A stretch of DNA of 64,000 bases from an uncultured Chloroflexia bacterium. Its GTDB lineage: Bacteria; Chloroflexota; Anaerolineae; CG2-30-64-16. Of the stretch, positions 44,110-53,634 are shown one piece after another. Under the pieces are notes generated by a model, which was not told where the DNA came from, ran no database searches, and saw only the letters and a list, made by a program, of their open reading frames with translations. Numbering within the stretch: the stretch's first letter is position 1; the number at the start of each line of letters is the position of its first letter. The DNA lies in the NCBI GenBank assembly GCA_963810095.1, contig CAWEMM010000009.1:512001-576000 (forward strand), in the 5' to 3' direction. Made by a program: the position numbers and the translations under genes.

Positions 44110-45408
44110 TTAGTAGTAGGTCTGCAAGAACGTCTGCCCGAGCGCCACGCATCCCTGGCGGTCGACGCATTGGGCGGGGACGTTCTCCACGTACAGGTCC
44201 CAGTTGTGGCTACCCCCATTCGGCAGCTGCGCGGCAATCCGGTAGCGGCCGACTCCCTGCAACTCGAACTGGAATCGCCCGGGTGTATCTCCCACCTTGC
44301 CTTCCACCCGGTAGTTCTGGTCGTTGACCTGCAAGGTGATATAGCGGCCGATGTGGTTCTCGACGACGAGCCAGGCGACGTTTTTCTTGGCGGGTTGCGG
44401 TGGTGGTTTGGGCGCAGCGGGCGCAGCCGGGGCCTTGGCGACCGCCACCCCGGCCAGGTCGATGTTGAAGGCCAGGTACTGCGCGCTGGCCCACGCTTCC
44501 TGCACCTCGGAAAAGCCGAGCTTGGCCCACTTGCTGTCGGCCGTCCGGCCGACGACTCGCACCCCGTCACCCTTTTTTAGCGCGCCGACGACCGGGTAAT
44601 TCGTGCCGGGCCCGCCTCGGACGTTCAGAGAATCTGAGGTCACCACCGCGTCTCCCGTCTCCGCAGACCGCTGGGGTGCGGTGGGGGTCGAGCGGTTGAT
44701 GCTCTTCCGGCCAACCGCCGGGCTCGTGCTGGTCGTCCCGGGCTTGTTCCAAAGGCTGAAGTTGTCGAAGCTCGCCTCGAGATCGCCATCGGTGTTAGTG
44801 CCCGCCAACACGGCGATCTGTCCGTCAGCAAAGCTCCGGTCTTGCACCCGGTCCAGTTCCTCGTCGTTCGCGTACATGGACAGCTCGCGGCCGTTGGCCA
44901 GCACGCCGAGCCGGTTCTGCGCTCCCTCGCCCGTCTTCAGGGCCTTGGTTTGGGTCCACTCGACCGGCCGGCTCACTTCGCCGTCTACGTACTTGAGCAG
45001 AGCATACCAGCCGTCGGCACTCGTGAGAAAGGCGTAGAAGTTATCCACGTCCTGATAGCGAAAGATAATCCCTAGCATCGCGTCGGCCGGCCCGGCGTCT
45101 TCTGTGGCATCCACCTGCACGTAGAAGTCTTTGAAGGCTTGCGGTGCGTCGAGGGCGGCCCAGCGGAAGAGCTCGGATTCGGGCACGCGCAGCGTGAGGG
45201 CGCCCGAGGCAATCGTGCGAAGGGGATCGCGGCCTTCGTCGACCGTCCACTGGCCTTTGTCGCGGCTGAAGGTGTCGCTGACTTCGCTTGCGCCTTTGCG
45301 CCAGTCGTCAGGGCTCGGGCCCTGGGCTGCGGCGCGCGCCGAGGGCAGGACGAGGGCAAGCATCATGGAGAGCACGAGCGGCAACGAAAATGCTCGGAGA
45401 CCGGTCAT
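44110..45408 (-). CDS. Secreted protein with ConA/DUF1080-like beta domain and bacterial SH3 domain
   Basis: Signal peptide; DFYVQVD..GIIFRYQD..NFYAF; LNVRGGPGTNYPVVG..VVGRT..W SH3b. Confidence 0.8.
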   Translation of the reverse strand: MTGLRAFSLPLVLSMMLALVLPSARAAAQGPSPDDWRKGASEVSDTFSRDKGQWTVDEGRDPLRTIASGALTLRVPESELFRWAALDAPQAFKDFYVQVDATEDAGPADAMLGIIFRYQDVDNFYAFLTSADGWYALLKYVDGEVSRPVEWTQTKALKTGEGAQNRLGVLANGRELSMYANDEELDRVQDRSFADGQIAVLAGTNTDGDLEASFDNFSLWNKPGTTSTSPAVGRKSINRSTPTAPQRSAETGDAVVTSDSLNVRGGPGTNYPVVGALKKGDGVRVVGRTADSKWAKLGFSEVQEAWASAQYLAFNIDLAGVAVAKAPAAPAAPKPPPQPAKKNVAWLVVENHIGRYITLQVNDQNYRVEGKVGDTPGRFQFELQGVGRYRIAAQLPNGGSHNWDLYVENVPAQCVDRQGCVALGQTFLQTYY

Positions 45409-45796
45409 GAGCAGTCGTTCCTTTCGCAGCGTGGCAGCGTTGCAACGTTGGAATAGGGGCCATCATACGCCCGAGCGGCGTATTGCGCAACCTGGCGAAG
45501 GCAGAGCTGTGCGTGCCGTGCGTGCAATCGGCTGGTGCTGCGACGGCAACTCCGCCTGCCTGTGACGCCCTCCGCGTCAAGGCAAATCTGTGCAGATTGA
45601 CTTTCTTGTGAAATGCGTCATGGAAGTTGTGCTGACCCTCGGCTTTGTCCGGCGAACTTGCATGTAATTGTGAGTGTAACGTTTGGGCTTTACAACGAGC
45701 ATAGCAGGGAGTACAATGCACCTGTCTGCGAACGAGCGGACTGTTCAGGCGGCGGACCTGGTCATCTTGAAGGCCTCGATACTGGAGGGAACGACA

Positions 45797-46672
45797 ATGA
45801 ATCGACGCATTTTCCCCGTATCTCTGTTTGTGATCGCAGTGCTCCTCTTCACTTTCGGCGCAGCCAACGCTGCACTCGTCACCACGAACATTCTGCGCTC
45901 CTGGGATGACGGGTTGAACCGGTACGAGAACGGCAACCTGACGATGTTCCTGAACACGGACCGGCAGCCGTTCTACACGCAGTTGGACTTTGACACGAGC
46001 CTGCATCCGGACGCGTGCGGTGCGGGCACCAACAGCCAATGGGCGGGCGATGCGACGATTGGCCTGTACCACACGGACAACAACCCGCCTGGTGCGCCGG
46101 GCTTTCAGAGTTCGGGCAACTGGAAGTTGGTCAAGTGCAGCACCTTCAACACGAACAAGTATCCGGCCGCGGCCGACGTTCTCGCCCCCTGTGTCCCGGG
46201 CAACCCCGGCGACGCAGTTGACAAGGGCTGCGTCCTGATCGGTACGCCGGATGTCATCGTCACGTGCTCGACGGGCAACTGCACGGACGAGATCGAGACG
46301 CAGTTCCACGTCAACATCGATCCGGGCGACGGGGTGAATGCGGCGACTAAGTGCGACGGGACCATGGACGCGCCGTTTGCCGGCGTGTGGTCGTCCAACC
46401 CCAAGAACAACAACCTGTGCATGTACTGGGACGCGGTCAAGCCGCCCCAGACGGCCAAAGCCGACGCGTGGGGCGGCAACATCCAGGTGCGTTACGGCGC
46501 GGGTGTGGGTGGTGACAAGACCATCAACTTCAACGACCTGCTCGGTCCCAACGCAGTCAGTATTTCGCAGCTGAAGGCGGTCGGGGACGCGAATCGGGGC
46601 TCACTCGCAGCATTGGCCGGCGGGATGCTGCTGGCCGCGCTCGGCCTGTTTGTCTGGCGGCGCCGCTCGTAG
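45797..46672 (+). CDS. Secreted Cys-rich surface protein, copy A, with C-terminal PNAV-TM-RRR anchor
   Basis: GGAGG RBS; signal peptide ending ANA; Cys-rich core; GPNAVSISQL..LLAALGLFVWRRRS. Confidence 0.85.
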   Translation: MNRRIFPVSLFVIAVLLFTFGAANAALVTTNILRSWDDGLNRYENGNLTMFLNTDRQPFYTQLDFDTSLHPDACGAGTNSQWAGDATIGLYHTDNNPPGAPGFQSSGNWKLVKCSTFNTNKYPAAADVLAPCVPGNPGDAVDKGCVLIGTPDVIVTCSTGNCTDEIETQFHVNIDPGDGVNAATKCDGTMDAPFAGVWSSNPKNNNLCMYWDAVKPPQTAKADAWGGNIQVRYGAGVGGDKTINFNDLLGPNAVSISQLKAVGDANRGSLAALAGGMLLAALGLFVWRRRS

Positions 46673-46955
46673 CTGCCGCGCCGTCGCTCCTCTCAGACCT
46701 CCAGACCTTCCGTTTTCGGCCAGGCCTGGAGGTCTTTATGTTGTCCTTCTCCATTTCTTCAACCAAAATAACAATAATTGTCTCTAAGCCCCTCCCTGCT
46801 CCTGCGTATTTGTAGAAACCTCTGATTGTAATCAAGACGCCATTCAATAGGTGCACTGATAGTAAGATGCTTGTGCCGACTACGCGCGGGCCAGGCCTCA
46901 CCCCTGCTCAGCCCTGGCCGCGGCTCCGGTCAGCATTCCACTCGTGGAGGAAATC

Positions 46956-47835
46956 ATGTCCAGTCGTCGAGTCTTCGCCATAGGCCTAATGGTCATGGCG
47001 CTGCTTCTTGTCACCCTCGGTGCAGCCAACGCTGCACTCGTCACGACGAATATCCTGCGCTCCTGGGACGACGGGTTGAGCCGGTACGAGAACGGCAACC
47101 TGACGATGTACCTGAACACGGACCGGCAGCCGTTCTACACGCAGTTGGACTTTGACACGAGCCTGCATCCGGACGCGTGCGGTGCGGGCACCAACAGCCA
47201 ATGGGCGGGCGATGCGACGATTGGCCTGTACCACACGGACAACAACCCGCCTGGTGCGCCGGGCTTCCAGAATTCGGGCAACTGGAAGCTGGTCAAGTGC
47301 ACCACCTTCGACACGAACAAGTATCCGGCTCCAGCCGACATCCTGGCGACCTGCGTGGCGGGCAACCCCGGTGATGCGACCGACAAGGGCTGTGTCCTCA
47401 TCGGCTCTCCGGACAATGTGGTCGGCGTGCTCGACTGGCAACTGCACGAACGAGATCGAGACCAAGTTCCACGTCAACATCGATCCGGGCGACGGGGTGA
47501 ATGCGGCGACTAAGTGCGACGGGACCATCGACGCGCCGTTTGCGGGGGTGTGGTCGTCCAACCCCAAGAACAACAACCTGTGCATGTACTGGGACGCGGC
47601 GAAGCCGCCCCAGACGGCCAAAGCCGACGCATGGGGCGGCAACATCCAGGTGCGTTACGGCACGGGGGTGGGTGGTGACAAGACCATCAACTTCAACGAT
47701 CTGCTCGGCCCCAACGCAGTCAACATTTCGCAGCTGAAGGCAGTCGGTGAGGCCAGCAAGGCGTCGCTGGCGGCGTGGGCGGCTGCCATGATGCTGGCGG
47801 CGTCGGCGCTTTTCTTGTGGCGCCGGAAGGCCTAA
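46956..47835 (+). CDS. Secreted Cys-rich surface protein, copy B (tandem paralogue); frameshift near 47425
   Basis: Mature region nearly identical to copy A; GPNAVNISQL..ALFLWRRKA. Confidence 0.85.
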
Positions 47836-47846
47836 CCTCGACACAT

Positions 47847-47880
47847 AAAACCAGGCGCCCTCAGAGGGCGCCTGGTTTTT
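47847..47880. terminator. Bidirectional intrinsic terminator
   Basis: aaaaccaggcgccct-caga-gggcgcctggttttt between convergent genes. Confidence 0.85.
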
Positions 47881-47914
47881 GGTGCGTTGCATCGCGTTGC
47901 GCCCGCGCAGGGAA

Positions 47915-48764
47915 TCAGGGCGCGCTTAGAAACTCGTTGACCAGCGTTATGAACTCCTCGGGCCGGTCCCGCTGCGCCCAGTGTCCCGCACCCGGCAGCA
48001 CTTCCAGCCGGCAGTCGGGAATCATCCAGCACGCTTCCTTCGCATACTGCACCGGCACGAGCGTGTCCGCGCCCCCGTGAACGATCAGCGTCCTGGCGGC
48101 AACCTGGTCGAGCCGGGGCATGAAGTTCGTGCGCAGCCCGTGCCAGAGCGTCTCGTGCTTCTGAAATGCGTTGAATGCTTTGCCCGCACGCGGCTTTCGA
48201 GACTCTGCCAAGACTGCGTCGAGCAGTTCCTCCGTCAGTGCGCCGGGCGTGCGCACCAGCTGCCCTAGTGAGGCGCGCATGGCCGAGCGGCTGCGCGTGC
48301 TCAGGTACGTCATCTCCGTAACGAACGGGATGCGCACCAGCAAATAACTGAGCCACTGGGGTGGATACTGCGGTTGGATGCCCGTACGTGTCGACGAGCA
48401 CCAGGCGCCGCACACGCTCGCGATGACCCAGGGCGTAATCCAGGGATATCCCGCCACCCATCGAGAGGCCTGCCAGGTCGAACTGCGTGAGCCCCCAGGC
48501 ATCAACGAGCGCCGAGAGCACGTTGCAATAGTAGTCGAGGGAGTACGGGGCTTCCGGCCGGTCACTCTCGCCGTACCCGGGTAGATCCGGCGCGATCACC
48601 CGCCGACCTGCGGCGAGCGCCTCCATCACGCCGCCCCACGAAAGAATCGCGGAATCTGTGCCACCCCCGTGGAGCAAGACCAGCGGCGGCTGCTCCGCCG
48701 TCTCGCCGGCGGCAAGGAACCGGATGCGCACGCCCGCAAGCATCAGGGTTTGAGATGTGATCAT
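47915..48764 (-). CDS. Alpha/beta-fold hydrolase; frameshift near 48385
   Basis: LVLLHGGG; PDLPGYGES; GLSMGG; VHGGADTLVP; GAGHW. Confidence 0.9.
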
Positions 48765-49058
48765 ACGCCCTCTCGAACCCCCGGGGACAGCCCGGCCCGG
48801 GGCGATCGCTGAAAACGACTGGAGCGCCGCGTCGATGCGGTGCGAGCAGTATCCTCCCGAAAGCCGCGACTGCCAAAAGTGATCATGTCACATCGGACGG
48901 TGCCCGCCAGCAGCGTGGAGGGGGGCAGCATGATGAGTTCGAAAAGTTGATATCGGCGGCCGCTTCGGCTAAACTGTGTTGGAACCACGTTGCGCGCACG
49001 TGCCTCCACGCCCGGCCGATTATGGAGGCTTCGCATCCATTTCCGGGAGGGTCATACC

Positions 49059-50669
49059 ATGTCTCGTCGCGTACTCCTGCTGCGCGGTGCGCCCCGTCGT
49101 CGGCTGTTGGCCGCGTGCTTGACCGCGCTTGTTCTGCTCGCGGCCGTGCCCGTCGCGTCGGCCGCCTTGCCCCAGGCAAGGGCCGAGAGTCTCAGCCCCG
49201 CGGGCCCGCCGTGTCTCAACTGCACGCCCTGGCGCACAATCAACACCGACAATGGGACGGTGGATGATCTGGGTAACGCACAGGTCTATGCGCCCTCGCC
49301 GGCCTGCACCAACGCCAACCTGGCCGACTACCTCGAGATCAAGCAAGCCTGGATCGTCAATGACGGCCGCGCGTTCTACTTCCGCATCCAGCTATGCGTC
49401 GCGCCCACCACCCAGCAGCGCAACAACCTGCGCATGGGCGCGGGCCTCGACTGCAACCATGACGGCGACGTGGCCGACCCCTGGGGCAACCAAACCAACC
49501 CCAATTCGGGCGACCGTAAGTTCGTGTATCAGGCTGCGAGTGACCAGGTGCTCGTGCTGGATGGGCAGAACACCACCGTGCTTAATCTGCCTTCGGGAGG
49601 CGCGATCTACGGAGAGGAGCTGTCCGGCTCGACCGTCTACGAGTGGCAGGCGCCGCTCGAACGAGTCTATCCCGGCTGCCGAGGCAGTGTGAGCGTGATC
49701 GGCCTGGGAGTGGGAACCGTTGCCTTGCCGAGCCCGGCTCCGAAAGACCAGACGCCTTCGTATGACTGGAGCCATCCCATCGATTACGGCGACGCCGTGA
49801 ACCCAGATCCCACCCAGGGAACGTGCAGCCAGTATCCCTCCCGGGTCGGTTGCGACGGCGCTCGACACGGTCTGTACGTCCCGCCGGGTTTGTCTGAGCC
49901 GCTGCGTCTGGGGAGCCTGGTGGATGCGGATGACGGGACCAACCAGGATGCAGCCGCGGTTGCGGACGATACGACGGGGACCGCCGACGAGGATGGGGTC
50001 GGCCCCACCCCAGGGGTCGCATGGACGCCGGGTGGGCAGGGTTCGATCGACGCGACGGTGACCGGGGGGACGGGCTATCTCAGTTGCTGGGTCGATTGGA
50101 ACAACAACACCAGCTGGAGCGACGCGGGCGACAACGTGATGTCTGACCGGCCGGTGGCGCTCGGGCTGAACCGGCTGACCTTCAGCGTGCCTGCGGGCCT
50201 GACCTACCCGACCAGCTTCATAGCACGCTGCCGCCTGTCGCCGGGCGCCAACCAGGCCGCCACCGTGACGGGCACAGCCGAGTTCGGCGAGGTGGAGGAC
50301 CACTCCTGGAGCTTTGATGGGGCGGGCCGGCCCATCTTGCCGGACGCGCCCAGCGCCGTAACAGATCTCGCAATTGCCGCCAGCGGGACAAGTGACGTCA
50401 AGTTGAGCTGGAGCAATCCGCCGCCCAACAATGGTGCGCGTGTCCTGGCCCATGCCAGCAACCCGTACTTCACCTCAGCGACCGGGGGCTTCGCGCTAGA
50501 CACGACTGTCAGCGCCGCGCCGTGGGAGTACGTTCATGCGGGCGTCCGCGGCACGCCACCCGACGCGTTCTACTATATCGTCTACGGCCGGCTTGGCTCT
50601 GCCGACGCCGCCGCGCCGTCCAACCGGGTGGGCCTGTTCGAGTTCGGGCTCGTCGCCGGGCAACCATAG
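49059..50669 (+). CDS. Secreted GEVED-domain protein
   Basis: Signal peptide; DYGDA..GARH..DEDGV; YLSCWVDWN; ARCRL; FGEVED; C-terminal SNRVGLFEFGL. Confidence 0.85.
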   Translation: MSRRVLLLRGAPRRRLLAACLTALVLLAAVPVASAALPQARAESLSPAGPPCLNCTPWRTINTDNGTVDDLGNAQVYAPSPACTNANLADYLEIKQAWIVNDGRAFYFRIQLCVAPTTQQRNNLRMGAGLDCNHDGDVADPWGNQTNPNSGDRKFVYQAASDQVLVLDGQNTTVLNLPSGGAIYGEELSGSTVYEWQAPLERVYPGCRGSVSVIGLGVGTVALPSPAPKDQTPSYDWSHPIDYGDAVNPDPTQGTCSQYPSRVGCDGARHGLYVPPGLSEPLRLGSLVDADDGTNQDAAAVADDTTGTADEDGVGPTPGVAWTPGGQGSIDATVTGGTGYLSCWVDWNNNTSWSDAGDNVMSDRPVALGLNRLTFSVPAGLTYPTSFIARCRLSPGANQAATVTGTAEFGEVEDHSWSFDGAGRPILPDAPSAVTDLAIAASGTSDVKLSWSNPPPNNGARVLAHASNPYFTSATGGFALDTTVSAAPWEYVHAGVRGTPPDAFYYIVYGRLGSADAAAPSNRVGLFEFGLVAGQP

Positions 50670-50710
50670 CAGGACGCGGGTGACCCCTTCATGGAGTCAC
50701 CCGCGTCCTG
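50670..50710. terminator. Strong hairpin between convergent genes
   Basis: caggacgcgggtgac / gtcacccgcgtcctg perfect 15-bp stem. Confidence 0.75.
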
Positions 50711-50722
50711 TTCCGTTCGAGC

Positions 50723-51097
50723 TTAGCCCAGCCGCCGGGTCTTGACGAAGTCGACGAGCGTGTCGAGCAACTGCTTGCGATACGCGGTTGCCTCGGCCAC
50801 GTGGCGCTCATGTACGTCGTAAACTGACTGCGGTACTCGCAGGTCACCCGCATCCACGACGATCGGCACCACGACGACCCGGTCGCCGTCGAGGCTGATC
50901 TCGGTGCGGGCCACTTCGACCTTCTCGCGGCCGATCTGCACCTGGCCGGTCGTGTCGAGCACTTGCACGCTTGTCACGACGGTCAGGTTCGAGCCGTCCG
51001 CAATCTGATCCGCAATCGTTTGCAGCGCGTTCCGGATGGACAGCTCGGGCGTCGGATTGGCGCGGTTCACCGTCGGTTGTGTTTCACTGTCCGGCAT
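50723..51097 (-). CDS. Hypothetical protein (paralogue of 51882-52482)
   Basis: GAGGAGG RBS; LTVVT..ARTEISLDGDRVVVVP..HERHVAEATAYRKQLLDTL. Confidence 0.8.
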   Translation of the reverse strand: MPDSETQPTVNRANPTPELSIRNALQTIADQIADGSNLTVVTSVQVLDTTGQVQIGREKVEVARTEISLDGDRVVVVPIVVDAGDLRVPQSVYDVHERHVAEATAYRKQLLDTLVDFVKTRRLG

Positions 51098-51139
51098 ACG
51101 AAAACCCTCCTCTGGAATCCAAAATCAATCTCAAACTCA

Positions 51140-51880
51140 TCAGCTAATGGTCCGTAGTTGACCGAGCGCCTGCACCTGGTCGATCACCTGGCGGACGAAA
51201 CGGTAGGCGGCTGGCAAGGCGAGCGCCGGGTTCAAGCTGAACAGCGCGCTCAGTTGGATCGCGCCCCGGGTGACCGTCAACCCGAGGCGCAGCCAGGCGT
51301 CGCGCGTCCTCAGGGCCAGCGCGACTGCGGCCACGTGCTGCTGTGCGTCGTCAAGTGCCAGGCCGCGGGCCCACACGGTCTGGAAGTCACCGGTCCACGA
51401 TACGAAGGTGAGGCCAATGCGCCCGCCATCCAATCCGGTGTCGATGGCGGCGTAGTTGCGCAGCGAATCGTGAACCTTGTCGAAAAACGCCGCGACCTGG
51501 TCCAGGGGTCCGCCGGCTGGCGGCGGAAGGGCGGCTGCATTGCTGGCCGCGACCCAATCGTACAAAGCGGTCTCGGGTGTGGCGAGCGCGGGCGGCAGCT
51601 CAGCCGGCGGACCACCTGCGCGCACAAAGGTCGTGAGCCGCCGGGCTGCGAACGGCAGGGCCAGTTCTGCCGCGGCCAGCCGGCGTTCTGCGCCCGCCAG
51701 GACGTTGCCCGCGGTCTTGCGATCTGCCGGCAGCGCAACCTGCCACAGTGTCACGTCCGGGCCCGGCTCCTCGCCCGCGCTCTCCAGGCCGAGGTCGCGC
51801 GGGGTCGCCACTGGCAGCGTCTGCCAGATCCCCAGCTCGTCGTCGCCCCCCGCGCTGCTCGCGAAGCCAAACTCCGGCAT
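51140..51880 (-). CDS. Hypothetical protein with hydrophobic C-terminal hairpin
   Basis: 1-bp gap from the upstream gene; TFVSWTGDFQTVW; GAIQLSALFSLNPALALPAAYRFV. Confidence 0.75.
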   Translation of the reverse strand: MPEFGFASSAGGDDELGIWQTLPVATPRDLGLESAGEEPGPDVTLWQVALPADRKTAGNVLAGAERRLAAAELALPFAARRLTTFVRAGGPPAELPPALATPETALYDWVAASNAAALPPPAGGPLDQVAAFFDKVHDSLRNYAAIDTGLDGGRIGLTFVSWTGDFQTVWARGLALDDAQQHVAAVALALRTRDAWLRLGLTVTRGAIQLSALFSLNPALALPAAYRFVRQVIDQVQALGQLRTIS

Positions 51881-51881
51881 G

Positions 51882-52482
51882 TTACTTGAGGGCGGGAATG
51901 AAACCGGCGACCAGCTCGCCGACTGTCTTCAGCATGGCCTGGCGGTGCGCCTGGGCCTGCTCGACCGTCTGCAGGTGGATTTGCCAGAGCGCTTGGTCGA
52001 TCTGCCCGGCGTCGACGGGGACGACGACCTGGGTGTCGCCGTCGAAGTCGATATAGGTGAGGGCTCGCTGCTGTGCGAACTCGAATCCATTGGCGCCGTC
52101 AGGCCGGACTTCCTCGATGCGCTCCGAGACGTAGGTGCGCACCTCGAGGGTCGAAACATCGTCGGCAAAATCGACGATCTTCGTGCCGAGCGTCTCCAGT
52201 GCGTTCCGCAGTTTGTCCAGGACCTGCTGGAACGGGCCGGTCTCCGCCGCTCCGTCTTGCCGGCCCCCGCCGAAGAAGTCGCCGAGGCCGCGTGCCGTGA
52301 CGCCTTCCATTGCCAGGTCAGGCGACGCCAGCGCGGCGGACGGCTAGCACGGTGATCGTCACATGTCCCTGCGGTCCAACCTGCACGGTGACCGGGCCGC
52401 CGGCGGGTGCGGGTTGAGCGAAATCGGGAGGCACCTCGGGTGCGGGCTCCTTGGACGGGTCAGATCCTGCGGCGCTAGGCAT
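51882..52482 (-). CDS. Hypothetical protein with Pro-rich N-terminus; frameshift near 52340
   Basis: TGGTATAAT extended -10 near 52513-52521; GGGAGG RBS; LEVRTY..ALTYIDFDGDTQVVVP..HLQTVEQAQAHRQAMLKTV. Confidence 0.78.
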
Positions 52483-52701
52483 GCAAACCTCCCTCTGCGA
52501 TAGCTGTAGCGCATTATACCACAGCGTAACAAGTGCCGTGATTGAAATTCGTGCATCTCTTGCGCTGAGTTTATGCCGTATTCGCACGGCCCTCCGCGAG
52601 TGACAACGCGCACGGCCGGGTCCCGGACGCGGATCGCCGGCGGCATTCCTCCGCCGGCGATCGCCCGTTCAACCCATCAGCTCCAGATCGACCCGCTCAC
52701 C

Positions 52702-53495
52702 TCACTGACCTACGACGAACTGCACCGGCGGGCTGCCTGCGCCCCCGGACGCCCCAACGCCAAGGGTGGCCAGGATCCGGTGGTTGCCATCGCGCAGCGC
52801 ATCGATGGCCTGCAGCTGTGCCAGTTGATCGTTAGTCTTGCCGCAATCCAGTGCGTTGCTCAGCATTTCGATCTCTGCCAGCGCGGGCTGCGGCCACGGT
52901 CCTGAGTTCCTGCGCGCGGGCCTCGGCCGCGATCCGGGCTTGTGCAACCGTGGGCGGGGGGACGATAATCAGCTCCAGGCTTTGCACCGCCACGCCCAGG
53001 TCCGCGACCCGGCGCTGCAGTTCTTCCTGAAGCAGCGCCTGGAACCCGTCGGGGTGCTGCATGATCTGGATTAAAGTGTCGAGGTCATACCGGCTCAGCG
53101 CGGCCCGCACCGTCAGTTTAGCCTGCGTCTCAACGGTCGGCGACGTATTGCCCAGGAAAGGCAACACCTGCTTGAGGTCGATCTGCGCCAGCCTCTGCCG
53201 GGTCTGCTGCCAGCCGACAACCACGGTCACCAGGGCAGACAGTCCTTCGCGCGTCTGCAAGTTCAGTCCATCCAGAAGCGTGCGCTGAGGATGGAGGTCG
53301 AGCAACTGCACGTCGTCCAAACCCGGCACTCGGAGGTACCAGGCCGGGCCGGGGCAGAGGTAGGTGGCACGCCCACTCGTGCGCTCGCGCAGGATCACTG
53401 CTTCCATATCCTGCGCCGCGCCGGACGGTGAGCGCTGCGATGAGGGCCGGAAATCCAACCGCGACGAGAACCAGCAATGCGGGCCAGGTATCCAT
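52702..53495 (-). CDS. SPFH/band-7 (stomatin-like) membrane protein; frameshifted
   Basis: AGGAGG RBS; N-terminal TM; EAVILRER..PG..; LQTREG; VRAALSRYDLDTLI; LGVAVQSLEL; AAEARA coiled coil. Confidence 0.72.
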
Positions 53496-53542
53496 GTTCT
53501 GTCCCTCCTTCTAGGCGGGATGTTAGACAATTGGACAGCTAT

Positions 53543-53571
53543 ACTGTATCATGTCCTTGTATTAAAGTCAA
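53543..53571 (-). promoter_or_regulatory. Sigma70-type promoter of the SPFH gene
   Basis: Minus strand TTGACT-17 nt-TACAGT. Confidence 0.65.
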
Positions 53572-53578
53572 TAGGGTC

Positions 53579-53607
53579 TTGACACTTCCGTCGACCCGGC
53601 GTATACT
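53579..53607 (+). promoter_or_regulatory. Sigma70-type promoter of the GntR-HK operon
   Basis: TTGACA-17 nt-TATACT. Confidence 0.8.
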
Positions 53608-53634
53608 CGTCGGCAATAGGTCCAGCTGTCCAAC

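Noticed and set aside
45607-45622. CRP/FNR-like site TGTGA-N6-TCATG upstream of the surface-protein pair
   Set aside because: Single imperfect match with no corroboration
51140-51880. Gasdermin call for the gene in the three-gene cluster
   Set aside because: Size is similar, but the sequence is mostly helical and lacks recognisable gasdermin features; left as unknown
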